64,000 bases of DNA from Acidimicrobiaceae bacterium (GTDB lineage: Bacteria > Actinomycetota > Acidimicrobiia > Acidimicrobiales > Ilumatobacteraceae). How positions within the stretch are numbered: the first letter of the stretch is position 1; each line of letters opens with the position of its first letter. The stretch lies in the NCBI GenBank assembly GCA_012269985.1, contig JAAXJF010000035.1:1150-65149 (forward strand), given 5' to 3'. The notes under the pieces were generated by a model. It did no database searches. It was not told the origin of the DNA and was given only the letters and a program-made list of their open reading frames with translations. The position numbers and the translations under genes were made by a program. This document shows positions 38,959 to 48,518 of this stretch, piece after piece.

Positions 38959-40383
38959 TCATTGCTGTAGGGCGTACCACTCATCGAGCCGCTTCAACAG
39001 CGCTTCTTCCCCAATGAGGCCCTCTTCGAGGCGGATTTCCATCAAGAACGCGAGTGCCTTACCAATCTCAGGGCCAGGCGTGAGACCGAGATGTTCCATG
39101 ACCTGTTTGCCATCAAGCTCAGGCCGAAGTGCCGCCAATTCCTCTTCTGCTGCGAGTTCAGCGATTCGTTCTTCGAGTTCATCCATTCGCTTCGATAAGG
39201 TGCGAGCTTTTTTCTCGTTGCGAGTCGTGCAATCGCAACGGGTCAGCACATTGAGTTCATTCAGTAAGTCACCGGCGTCTCTCACGTATCGGCGCACCGC
39301 CGAGTCGCTCCAACCGAGGCGGTAGGTGTGAAAGCGCAGGTGAAGGGCAACGAGTTCTGTGATCGCCTCAACATCGTCATTTGAAAATCGCAATGTGCTC
39401 AAGCGTTTTCTTGTCATCTTTGCGCCGACCACATCGTGATGGTGGAAGGTGGTGCCTTTGCCTTTTTGGAACCCACGCGTACGAGGCTTCCCAATGTCGT
39501 GGAACAGGGCAGCCAGCCGAACAATACGGAAATCAAAATTGCACAACGCCTCGTCAAGTTCATCGTGTGGCCGAACGTTCTCGACAACTGCGAACGTATG
39601 CGTCAACACATCCTTGTGCCGATGAATCGGGTCGTGCTCTAGACGCATTGCCGGAAGTTCCGGCAAGAAGAGTTCTGCGAGCCCGGTCTCGACAAGAAAC
39701 CACAGCCCCGCCGTCGGGTGGGAAGTGCAGATGATCTTTTCGAATTCGTCGCGAATGCGCTCGGCTGAGACGATCTCAAGTCTCGGCGCCATCTCAGTGA
39801 CCGCAGCGAGCAATCCCTCTTCAGGAACGAGTTCTAGCTTGGTAATGAATCGAGCCGCTCGAAGCATTCGTAACGGGTCATCACTAAAACTCTCCTGCGG
39901 TGACAACGGTGTCCGAAGCACTCTCTGCAACAGGTCAACAGCACCGTTATGAGGGTCGACGAGTGTCGGTGTGTCATTCGTCAATTCGAGAGCCATTGCG
40001 TTGACCGTGAAATCTCGTCGAGAGAGATCGGTTTCGACATCATCGGCGTATACGACGTGTGGTTTCCGGGAATCGTCGGTGTATGACTCGGCGCGAAAGG
40101 TGGTGATCTCAAGTACTCGATCTCCGAGTCGCGCCCCCACAGTGCCGAACTTCTCGCCCTGATTCCAGACTGCATCAGCCCACCCGTCGAGACACGCATG
40201 GATTTCGTCCGGACGAGCAGACGTCGTGAGATCGATGTCGTCAGATACCCCGAATGATTCATCGCCGAGCAACAAATCTCTCACCGTGCCGCCAACGACA
40301 TATAGACGATGGCCCGCGCTTCTAAAACGCTCCGCAAGTGGAGAAAGTTCTTGAAGCACGGGTTCAAACCGGGCAGGGATCAC
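38959..40383 (-). CDS. cca: CCA-adding tRNA nucleotidyltransferase (PcnA type) with HD domain
   Basis: Motifs GGTVRDLLLG ... DIDLTT and RAESY ... RRDFTVNAM are present, plus the HD region LFHDIGKP. The position matches mycobacterial pcnA. Confidence 0.85.
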   Translation of the reverse strand: MIPARFEPVLQELSPLAERFRSAGHRLYVVGGTVRDLLLGDESFGVSDDIDLTTSARPDEIHACLDGWADAVWNQGEKFGTVGARLGDRVLEITTFRAESYTDDSRKPHVVYADDVETDLSRRDFTVNAMALELTNDTPTLVDPHNGAVDLLQRVLRTPLSPQESFSDDPLRMLRAARFITKLELVPEEGLLAAVTEMAPRLEIVSAERIRDEFEKIICTSHPTAGLWFLVETGLAELFLPELPAMRLEHDPIHRHKDVLTHTFAVVENVRPHDELDEALCNFDFRIVRLAALFHDIGKPRTRGFQKGKGTTFHHHDVVGAKMTRKRLSTLRFSNDDVEAITELVALHLRFHTYRLGWSDSAVRRYVRDAGDLLNELNVLTRCDCTTRNEKKARTLSKRMDELEERIAELAAEEELAALRPELDGKQVMEHLGLTPGPEIGKALAFLMEIRLEEGLIGEEALLKRLDEWYALQQ

Positions 40384-40504
40384 CCATGCGAGGCTACCGC
40401 CGACACCGTCGCCAGAAAGTCACCGATGGCGACTACCGTCAAAGACGATGCAACCCGAGCGCTCCCAACCTGTTGACGATGAACGTCGTCGACACGCGTT
40501 CACT

Positions 40505-41209
40505 ATGGCCTCGGCACCGCCAACTTTGCGTCTCACCGAGTGGCCCTTCGACCCAACGATCGCCATGTTGGTGCAGGCCGACCACACGATCGATATCAAC
40601 ACTGACGAACTCGTATCACTCATCGATCGGGCGTCGTCAAAGGGGGTGCGGAAGATTCGCACCGGTGCACTTCGTGCGACCTCCGTTGAACGAGTCATCT
40701 CGCATGGGTTTCATGTCATCGACGAACTCGCATTGCTGAGGTTTGACTTTGCAGCCCCACTTCCACAAATAAGGCCTGAAGGTGAGTTACGGCATCTTCG
40801 CCGGCGACACCTTCGCAACGCTGAAGCCGTTGACCTTGATGCGTTCGGTCCGAAATGGGGACAACACCGTGAGGCGTTGCGCGAGACACAACGAGCGACC
40901 CTGCATTCGCGCAGTCGCCGTTGCGGCGACGACCAAGATGTCGTTATTGGGTTTGCGCTATCGGGTTACACCAATAATGTCGGCTACCTACAGCGCCTTG
41001 CCGTCGCACAACGCCATCAGGGGCGTGGCATCGGATTTTCACTGTCGTGTGACGCCCTGCATTGGATGCACCAAAGAGGTTGTGATCACGCGCTCGTCAA
41101 CACCTCACTGCAGAATGACACTGCGTTAGCGCTCTACAAACAGATTGGATTCTCTCAACTCTCCGAGAGACTCACGATCGCAGAACTCGATGTGAGTACA
41201 GCTTCATGA
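40505..41209 (+). CDS. GNAT family N-acetyltransferase
   Basis: The acetyl-CoA binding motif is present (LAVAQRHQGRGIGFSL). The start is taken at MASAPPTL (40505); the ORF track gives 40448. Confidence 0.65.
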   Translation: MASAPPTLRLTEWPFDPTIAMLVQADHTIDINTDELVSLIDRASSKGVRKIRTGALRATSVERVISHGFHVIDELALLRFDFAAPLPQIRPEGELRHLRRRHLRNAEAVDLDAFGPKWGQHREALRETQRATLHSRSRRCGDDQDVVIGFALSGYTNNVGYLQRLAVAQRHQGRGIGFSLSCDALHWMHQRGCDHALVNTSLQNDTALALYKQIGFSQLSERLTIAELDVSTAS

Positions 41210-43419
41210 CCTTGCGTGTGTCTCGATGTGGAGCCGGGGTCTGCATTGCCTCTCTCGGACTTATTGCGTTGATCGCACCAGCAGCAGCGGAACCGCCTCA
41301 ACGTGACGCATCAATCACCCATGACGCAGAGGCATCAGGATTACGGCTGGCCACATCAGAATTCTTCGCCAACAACACGATCAAACTCTCGTACGACCTC
41401 ACCACACGGGCACCGGAGATCACCGAACCAACTGTTGTCACCACCGTTCCATCACTGATTACCCCCATAGAGCAGGCTGAACCCGACTCGTCTTCTGGCA
41501 CAGATGCCAGCGAAACAACCTCGTCGTCAGATACAGAAGAGCCCGCTCCGATCGTCATTGCCGTACCTGGGGTCAAAGAACCGGCACTCATATTGCGGGT
41601 CGCTATTCACCGACCACTCGATGGGCAACCGCTCACCGATGTCATCGATGGTAACCCTGGTGATGTCATCGACGTCATCAGTGGGCCTCTCAACCAGTTC
41701 GCCACAAGAGATGCTGCAACAGAAGAGGTCACCGTCAATGTCGATGTTCCTCTGCAGCAACGATTGAGTTATCGCGCTCACCTCGACGATGTCCTCGAAT
41801 ATGTCGATACAGGTATCACTCCGGTGTCGGTTTCAGTGATTCGCGGAACAGCCGTGATCGCTCATGACGTCACACTCATCGATGTCGGCTGGCAACAAGC
41901 CAACCCTTCGCCCCTCTCGGTTGCGATGACCACGCACATTGCTGGTCGATCACAATTGACCGTCCCTGGTGATCATTCTCTGTCGACCAGCGACGGTTCA
42001 CGGGCGGCACAAGACGTTGAGTTACTTGTTGACCTACTTACACACAGCGAGGTCCCGCTCTCTGTCGCTCTCTCACCTGAACTTGCTGAATCGCTTGCGA
42101 ATGAGACACTTCCGACCGCGATCGCTGCTCGCGACATTGATCGTCTTATCTCAACAGTTGGAGGAGAAGTTCTTTCGCTGCCGTATCGATCGATTGATCC
42201 GTTCGCAGCGGGAACAGCCGGCCTCGACGAGCGATTTATCTCCGAACTCGACGCCGGTGACGCAGCACTACAAGCGGCGTTCCCTTCGCTCACGCCGGTT
42301 CGTTCTGTGTGGCTCGCCGATGACGCCATCACCTCGTCTGCGATCACCACGGAGGGTGTCAACCTTCTGAAGTCTCAGGGCGTCGAGCGCCTCATCATGA
42401 CCGATGACAGTTACGCCGGGGGCGCGCTGCATCACGGTATTGATGACACCCAGCCTGGTCTCTTCGCCGTTGAGGCCACTTCTCTACCGGTGATCATCAC
42501 AGGAACGGTTAGCGAAATTGCTCCTCGCCCCGACGTTGCGCTAGAAGACCAAGCTGTTCTCTTCGTTGCGCGCATCATGCAACTCCGTCGCGAACAGCCA
42601 GAACTCGCGCGCGTTGTGGTGTTCTCCGCACCCGACCTCGACATCCCTGACGTTGAGACCGTTCAATCGATCGAACGGCTCCTGTCGAGCGATCCGACGG
42701 TGGAGTTCATGCGGGTTTCAGAACTGCCCGACCAGATCACCGCCAACCGGGCGATCGTTACGCCATCGGTGCCACAAGTTGATCTTGCTCAACGCCAACT
42801 CACAGCCGACGCGCTGCAAGTGCTCATTGATGACACCGGTTCAATGCTGAATGAAAATCATGAATATGTGGCTCAGTGGAACGCGCTCATCAACGATCTC
42901 TTCGATCAGCGCGGCAACGGACAGTATGTTGTCGACACCATCGACGTTGTCACCAATGAGACGTCTGCAGTTCGACAGTGGGTATCAGTACCAATGAGCG
43001 GCACAGTCAATCTCACCGGTCGTGAGACGCCACTTCCTCTTGTTGTCAAAAACAGCGGGCCTGAACCTCTACAGGTGCTCATCCGCCTCAATGCACCTCG
43101 TCTCGTTGTCCCCAGTGAGCCGCTTGTGATAGCGCTTCCTCCTGGAGTAAGCAACGTGCAGGTGCCTGTCGAGGCCCGATCAAACGGCTCATTTGATGTC
43201 GAAGTGGAAGTGCTCTCTCCCGCCGGAACACCTGTCGTCAGCGGCGTCACAATTGTTGCCAAAGCAATGACGCTGTCAGGTTTTGGACGCCTCATCGGCT
43301 TTGGTCTCATCCTTACCCTGATCTCGTGGTGGGTGAGTCACCTCCGTCAACAGCGCCAACGCACGGTCGCACCACCCAATCCGGTTGAGACACAGGTGCC
43401 GTCATCTGACGGCCAATGA
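41206..43419 (+). CDS. Large secreted/anchored protein, DUF6049-like (Rv3909 position)
   Basis: 737-aa ORF with an N-terminal signal peptide and a C-terminal TM helix. It lies between cca and the kinase, as in mycobacteria. The family assignment is mainly from synteny. Confidence 0.45.
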   Translation: MTLRVSRCGAGVCIASLGLIALIAPAAAEPPQRDASITHDAEASGLRLATSEFFANNTIKLSYDLTTRAPEITEPTVVTTVPSLITPIEQAEPDSSSGTDASETTSSSDTEEPAPIVIAVPGVKEPALILRVAIHRPLDGQPLTDVIDGNPGDVIDVISGPLNQFATRDAATEEVTVNVDVPLQQRLSYRAHLDDVLEYVDTGITPVSVSVIRGTAVIAHDVTLIDVGWQQANPSPLSVAMTTHIAGRSQLTVPGDHSLSTSDGSRAAQDVELLVDLLTHSEVPLSVALSPELAESLANETLPTAIAARDIDRLISTVGGEVLSLPYRSIDPFAAGTAGLDERFISELDAGDAALQAAFPSLTPVRSVWLADDAITSSAITTEGVNLLKSQGVERLIMTDDSYAGGALHHGIDDTQPGLFAVEATSLPVIITGTVSEIAPRPDVALEDQAVLFVARIMQLRREQPELARVVVFSAPDLDIPDVETVQSIERLLSSDPTVEFMRVSELPDQITANRAIVTPSVPQVDLAQRQLTADALQVLIDDTGSMLNENHEYVAQWNALINDLFDQRGNGQYVVDTIDVVTNETSAVRQWVSVPMSGTVNLTGRETPLPLVVKNSGPEPLQVLIRLNAPRLVVPSEPLVIALPPGVSNVQVPVEARSNGSFDVEVEVLSPAGTPVVSGVTIVAKAMTLSGFGRLIGFGLILTLISWWVSHLRQQRQRTVAPPNPVETQVPSSDGQ

Positions 43420-43453
43420 AAGATGACCGTGTGTTGAGATTCCCAAATCACGG

Positions 43454-45199
43454 GTGGCTCTGGCACTAGCGTTCCTGTTGTTCATGACCTCACTTAACGA
43501 CTCCCACGGCACACCTGGCCAGCTCGACGACGCCCAAGTGCTCGCTGATCGTTACCACCTCGACCGCCGCGTTGGCCAAGGTGGAATGGCAGAGGTCTGG
43601 GTAGCGGTGGATAAGCAACTCGATCGCCGAGTCGCAGTGAAATGGTTGAAATCCAATCTTGCAACCGACGCAGTTGTTGCAGAACGTTTTCGCCGCGAAG
43701 CAATCGCCGTGGCGCGTCTCAATCACCCAAATATCGTTTCAGTTCACGATGTGTTCGAACATGACGGTCGTCAGGCAGTCGTCATGCAACTGGTAGAGGG
43801 ACGAAGTCTGCGACAAGTCCTTGATAGCCAGAAACGCCTTGGGCCCGAACTCACCATTCACATCGGTGCGTCTGTGGCAGCGGCTCTTGATGCTGCCCAC
43901 GCTGCGGGCTTCGTTCACCGCGATGTCAAACCCGGCAACATCCTCGTCACCGAAGATGGCAGAGTTTTGCTCACCGACTTCGGAATTGCAAAGGGTCTCG
44001 ATGGGGTTGACGAAGACCTCACCAGTGACAACGTCATGATGGGTACCGCCAAGTACCTCTCTCCTGAGCAGGTTCGGGGTCACAAACTTGATGGCCGCGC
44101 CGATCTCTACTCACTCGCTTTAGTTCTCTACGAGTGTCTCGCAGGTCGAGTTCCATTCCTTGGTCAATCAGATGCCGACACCGCTCTTGCTCGTCTGCAA
44201 CGTGACCAGACCGACCTTGCGCATCTGCGGCCCACGCTGCCAATCAATTTGGTGAATCTCATTCACCGGACACTCGCAAGGAATCCCGCACATCGCCCAG
44301 CGACCGGCGGAGAGTTGCGTCAAGAATTGATGAGCGTCGATACAACGCCACCTCTTATTGACGGGACTCCCACCGAACCTCCTGCACCACGAACGCAACC
44401 GGTGCGACCAGGTGAATCGGGTCGACTGCCTCGTGTGACTACGACGGTGACGCCACCACCGGTTGAAGCAACCACTCCACCTCAACTGTTTGACGATCCG
44501 TCTCTGGCAAGCGCCCGGCCGGTTCGTCGACCTTGGCTGCCGATCGGGCTCGCCGCATCGGTGGTGGTGCTTCTCCTCGGTGCGCTCATAGTGTCCAACC
44601 GAGATGGCGACTCGTCATCGAATGTCTCTCCATTGCCCGCAGTTACCTCGGCTCCAGCTGTCGAGCGAGATAGTGATGACCCCATCATCCTCGAAGACGT
44701 CGAAGACTCACTGTCGCCAGAAACCCAAGTAGTGATGAGTTCGACATCAATCGACGTTCGTGCCTGGGATCCCTATGGAGACAACGGATCAGAAAATGAC
44801 GCGCAGGCTCCGCTTGCAATTGCCGATGGAAGTCGAGACACCGCGTGGTCAACCGAGTGCTACAGCGATCGGTACTTGGGTGCCAAGCCCGGAGTCGGTC
44901 TCGTCATCTCACTTCCCGAACTTTCAAATGGGCGACTTGAATTTGAAACGCTGAACGCCCCCTTCCAGATCGAGGTCTATCGAACCGACGCGGTGGAACC
45001 TCCGCTGTCGCTGGAGTCGTGGACTCAGGTTGGATCGATGAGTTACGGAGTTGATCCGGGCGCGGTTGCAGTGCCCGTGAATGAAGCCTCAACCCATCTT
45101 GCGGTATGGCTAAAAGAGCTCGGTCCAGATGACGCATGTTCTTCGGCGAATCCTTATCGCGGACGAATCGGTGAGCTGCAATGGCTCATGAACTCCTGA
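43454..45199 (+). CDS. Ser/Thr protein kinase with TM helix and extracellular discoidin/CBM-like domain
   Basis: Hanks kinase motifs are intact: GQGGMAEV, VAVKWL, HRDVKPGNIL, DFG and YLSPEQ. They are followed by a Pro-rich linker, a TM helix (WLPIGLAASVVVLLLGALIV) and a C-terminal DGSRDTAWSTECY... domain. The start may be ATG 43484. Confidence 0.9.
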   Translation: MALALAFLLFMTSLNDSHGTPGQLDDAQVLADRYHLDRRVGQGGMAEVWVAVDKQLDRRVAVKWLKSNLATDAVVAERFRREAIAVARLNHPNIVSVHDVFEHDGRQAVVMQLVEGRSLRQVLDSQKRLGPELTIHIGASVAAALDAAHAAGFVHRDVKPGNILVTEDGRVLLTDFGIAKGLDGVDEDLTSDNVMMGTAKYLSPEQVRGHKLDGRADLYSLALVLYECLAGRVPFLGQSDADTALARLQRDQTDLAHLRPTLPINLVNLIHRTLARNPAHRPATGGELRQELMSVDTTPPLIDGTPTEPPAPRTQPVRPGESGRLPRVTTTVTPPPVEATTPPQLFDDPSLASARPVRRPWLPIGLAASVVVLLLGALIVSNRDGDSSSNVSPLPAVTSAPAVERDSDDPIILEDVEDSLSPETQVVMSSTSIDVRAWDPYGDNGSENDAQAPLAIADGSRDTAWSTECYSDRYLGAKPGVGLVISLPELSNGRLEFETLNAPFQIEVYRTDAVEPPLSLESWTQVGSMSYGVDPGAVAVPVNEASTHLAVWLKELGPDDACSSANPYRGRIGELQWLMNS

Positions 45200-45783
45200 G
45201 CGATTCGCGACTCTTACAGAGAGCCCAACAGGGTGATCGCGCTGCACTCAGCACGGTCCTTGGCGAGCAGTACCAACGGGTGTTTGCTGTATGCCTGCGG
45301 ATGATGGGGTCGCGGACCGCAGCCGAAGACCAAACGCAAGAAGCTCTTCTGCGAATCGCTCGAGGCCTCTCCTCGTTTGAAGGTAAATCTACATTTGGTA
45401 CCTGGTGCCATCGGGTTGCGGCCACGACCTGCCTCGATGAACTTCGTCGACAGCGTCGGCGGCCAACAACCACAACACTCACTAACACCGACGGGACTGA
45501 CGTTGAACCAATCGACAATGTCGACGTCACCGCCGGTATCGAGTGGAGTGACGTGCGAGCCGACATTCGTGAAGCACTTGACGCGGTGCCCGCCGAATTC
45601 GCCCGGGCGGTTGTTCTACGCGATGTCCTCGAGTTGGAGTACCAAGAGATCGCCGATCTCACCGGTGTGGCAACGGGAACGGTGAAATCAAGAATTTCTC
45701 GTGGCCGAGCGCTGCTCGCCGAGCAGCTTCGTGGGAACCGAAACGATGATGTTGAACGTCTAACCAACGGAGACAACGAATGA
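45181..45783 (+). CDS. ECF-type RNA polymerase sigma factor (SigM position)
   Basis: Region 2 (EDQTQEALLRIARGL...FGTWCHRVAATTCLDELRR) and region 4 (LEYQEIADLTGVATGTVKSRISRGR) are present. Confidence 0.9.
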   Translation: MAHELLSDSRLLQRAQQGDRAALSTVLGEQYQRVFAVCLRMMGSRTAAEDQTQEALLRIARGLSSFEGKSTFGTWCHRVAATTCLDELRRQRRRPTTTTLTNTDGTDVEPIDNVDVTAGIEWSDVRADIREALDAVPAEFARAVVLRDVLELEYQEIADLTGVATGTVKSRISRGRALLAEQLRGNRNDDVERLTNGDNE

Positions 45784-46565
45784 GTGATGACGACGTCAAC
45801 CAGTTGACGCCAGATGATGGCGATCTCGACGAGGTGGTCGTCGCGCGTCTTCGCTCGGCTCTTCTCAATGACGTGGTCATCAACGACACCGAGCGAGATC
45901 ACACCATTGCATCAGTGCTTGAAGCCCTCGACAACGAATCTCAGGCGCCAGTTGTCAACATTGAGTCGCAACGCCGATTCCGATCACAGAGGGTTCTCCA
46001 GTTTGCAGCCGCCGTCCTCACTGTCGCCATCGGCGCAGGAGCGTTATTGCAGCTTCGCAGCGGTCAGAGTGATACGGCACAACTTTCCATCCAAGAAAGT
46101 TCTCGAGAACGATCAGAAGAAAATCTGCAATCTGAATCTGAAGAATTTGCGTTTGCTGAAGAGTCAGCGATGGAGGAATCTGCGGTCGAAGCGGCGCCCG
46201 AAGCTGAGTCACTGGGCGACATGGCGCTGAGTTCTGACCTCTCGGATACCGAAGATGAGTTGATGGCAGACGACATGGCGACAGTCGCCGAATCAGCGAC
46301 TGAGGAAATGGCCGGAGACGTCTACGAATTGGAATCGATCAGTCTCGACGAGTTGCCGAATTTCATCCGCAATGCTCTCGAGCAGGGTGCGACAACGATT
46401 CCCAGCGCAGCATTCTGCGAGATCGACAATGTTGAACTGCTCACAGAGGTCATACTCGACGAGATCATCGTTGTGGTGGCAAGAATGACGGGGCTCAACA
46501 AATACCTCGCCATTGATGTCGCAACCTGTGAAGTTCTTGCCGAGATCGATCTTGGCGACGATTAG
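45780..46565 (+). CDS. Putative anti-sigma factor (single TM helix, acidic extracytoplasmic part)
   Basis: It overlaps the sigma gene by ATGA and has one TM helix (VLQFAAAVLTVAIGAGALL). The call rests on position only. Confidence 0.45.
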   Translation: MSDDDVNQLTPDDGDLDEVVVARLRSALLNDVVINDTERDHTIASVLEALDNESQAPVVNIESQRRFRSQRVLQFAAAVLTVAIGAGALLQLRSGQSDTAQLSIQESSRERSEENLQSESEEFAFAEESAMEESAVEAAPEAESLGDMALSSDLSDTEDELMADDMATVAESATEEMAGDVYELESISLDELPNFIRNALEQGATTIPSAAFCEIDNVELLTEVILDEIIVVVARMTGLNKYLAIDVATCEVLAEIDLGDD

Positions 46566-46645
46566 TTTCTTGGCGTCCTCTCATCGAGGACCCGTGTCAC
46601 TCAACCAGGGAAGAATCGCACCGATTTCTTTGTGCAGGGCGAGGA

Positions 46646-47014
46646 ATGCCCAAAGATTTCACTACAGTCCACTGGGTGATCGGAAATCCGTTCTCCAATG
46701 ATGACTGGGCGGTCGATACCGCTGATCGTGTCGAACAAGTCGTTGGGACAGTTCGCGACCGAGTCACCAACAACATTGTCAAACTTGTCCGAGGCATCGT
46801 CTTTGGCCTCATTGGCTTCATCATTGGAGTCGCCCTCATTGCAATCGCCCTCATCGTGTTCACTCGAGGGTTGCAATCACTCATCAGTCTTGCAACTGGA
46901 AACACCGGCATTGACCACAGTCGGTCGGTGTATGTGAGTTATCTCATCTCCGGCCTGACGATGTTGACTCTTGGCGGCCTTGTGATGCGTCGTCGTCGGT
47001 CACCCGACACCTAA
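46646..47014 (+). CDS. Small membrane protein (hypothetical)
   Basis: 122-aa ORF with two TM helices. No family was recognised. Confidence 0.45.
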   Translation: MPKDFTTVHWVIGNPFSNDDWAVDTADRVEQVVGTVRDRVTNNIVKLVRGIVFGLIGFIIGVALIAIALIVFTRGLQSLISLATGNTGIDHSRSVYVSYLISGLTMLTLGGLVMRRRRSPDT

Positions 47015-47069
47015 TTCTTGAGATCATCGTATTGGAGATATCAGGTAACCAGCCAGGGTACGGGTCATC

Positions 47070-47990
47070 TTGTGTTTTTTTTTTTATGATTGGGTGACCT
47101 CAGAGATCTACACCGCCCGAGCGAGCCTTGAGCCACTTGTGATTGAAGGTGAGCCATCGTCAACAAGTGACCAGCCTGGCGGCCAGTTGATGCTGACGAC
47201 TGAGGTAGAAAATTTCCCTGGCTTCCCCGACGGCATCATGGGACCAGAACTCATGATGAACTTCCGCTCACAAGCCGAACGGTTTGGCGCAAAGTTCCTC
47301 ACCGAGAAGGTCACCAACATTGATTTCTCCTCTCGCCCGTTCAAGGTGTGGATACGTGACACCGAGTATCACGCCGACTCCGTCATCGTTTCTACAGGTG
47401 CCCGGTCACTGATGTTGGGGCTTGAGGAGGAGCAACGTTTGATTGGTCACGGTCTTTCAACGTGCGCAACCTGTGATGGTTTCTTCTTCCGTGATCAGCA
47501 CATTGCGGTCGTCGGCGGTGGCGACTCAGCAATCGAAGAGGCGTCCTTCCTCACGAAATTTGCATCAAAAGTCACCTTGATTCACCGGCGCGATGAATTC
47601 CGAGCATCGAAGATCATGCAAGATCGTGCCTTTGCAAACCCCAAGATCGATGTGCTGTGGAATCACACGGTGACCAAGATCAATGGCGACGACAAGGTTG
47701 ACGGTATTGAGGTGACCAACACTGTCGATGGGTCGGTTTCGACAATGCCCGTGACTGGTCTTTTCATTGCGATTGGCCATCGACCAAACACAGATCTATT
47801 CGCTGGTGTGCTTGACATGGACGATGCCGGCTACCTCCAGACGCAACCTGATTCGTCGTACACCAATATCGAGGGTGTCTTCGCCTGCGGTGATGTGCAA
47901 GACCACACGTACCGTCAGGCAATTACTGCTGCCGGCTCGGGTTGTATGGCTGCCATCGACTCAGAGCGTTGGCTTGAGGGCCAGCATTAA
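47070..47990 (+). CDS. trxB: Thioredoxin-disulfide reductase with an aberrant N-terminus (possible pseudogene or assembly error)
   Basis: The TrxB body is strongly conserved (GGQLMLTTEVENFPGF, CATCDGFFF, VVGGGDSAIEEA, HRRDEFRASK, FACGDV, YRQAITAAGSGCMAA). The FAD GxGxxG loop is replaced by CFFFYDW, and the only in-frame start after the stop at 47046 is TTG 47070. Confidence 0.85.
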   Translation: MCFFFYDWVTSEIYTARASLEPLVIEGEPSSTSDQPGGQLMLTTEVENFPGFPDGIMGPELMMNFRSQAERFGAKFLTEKVTNIDFSSRPFKVWIRDTEYHADSVIVSTGARSLMLGLEEEQRLIGHGLSTCATCDGFFFRDQHIAVVGGGDSAIEEASFLTKFASKVTLIHRRDEFRASKIMQDRAFANPKIDVLWNHTVTKINGDDKVDGIEVTNTVDGSVSTMPVTGLFIAIGHRPNTDLFAGVLDMDDAGYLQTQPDSSYTNIEGVFACGDVQDHTYRQAITAAGSGCMAAIDSERWLEGQH

Positions 47991-48072
47991 CTCTTCATGC
48001 CAAACAAGACCGCATTCGTCGCGGTAGTCTCGAATCACGCTCTCTCAGTTCGCGGAACACAAAGGAAATGAC

Positions 48073-48405
48073 ATGGCATCCATCAATTTGACCACCAGCA
48101 CGTTTGACGAAACCGTGGGAGCATCGAATGTTCCAGTTGTCGTCGATTTCTGGGCAGAGTGGTGTGGTCCGTGCAAGATGGTTGCTCCAATTCTCGACGA
48201 GATCGCAACGGAGAATGCCGATCAAATGACGATCGCAAAACTCAATGTCGATGAAAACCCTGATATCGCCATGCGGTATCAGGTGATGAGTATCCCAACA
48301 ATGATCGTGTTCAATGGCGGCGAGGCCGTTCACCGAATTGTCGGAGCGAAGAGCAAATCAGCTCTCCTCGAGGAGTTCGGAACATTTCTGGGCAACTCCC
48401 ACTAA
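48073..48405 (+). CDS. trxA: Thioredoxin
   Basis: 110-aa ORF with the active site WAEWCGPCK. Confidence 0.95.
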   Translation: MASINLTTSTFDETVGASNVPVVVDFWAEWCGPCKMVAPILDEIATENADQMTIAKLNVDENPDIAMRYQVMSIPTMIVFNGGEAVHRIVGAKSKSALLEEFGTFLGNSH

Positions 48406-48518
48406 CCCACGGCGAGCGCGGCGAAGCCGTCAGGGATCTCCAACGGCGACTTATTCGATCGTCATATCCGATTCGGGCCACCGAAAGCGGTTGGTTTGGT
48501 GATTCGACGAAAGAGGCG

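Noticed and set aside
45186-45902. 238-aa ORF antisense to the ECF sigma factor gene.
   Set aside because: Its composition is Arg/Ser/Ala-rich, typical of antisense frames in GC-rich coding DNA. The sense frame has clear sigma-70 region 2 and 4 motifs.
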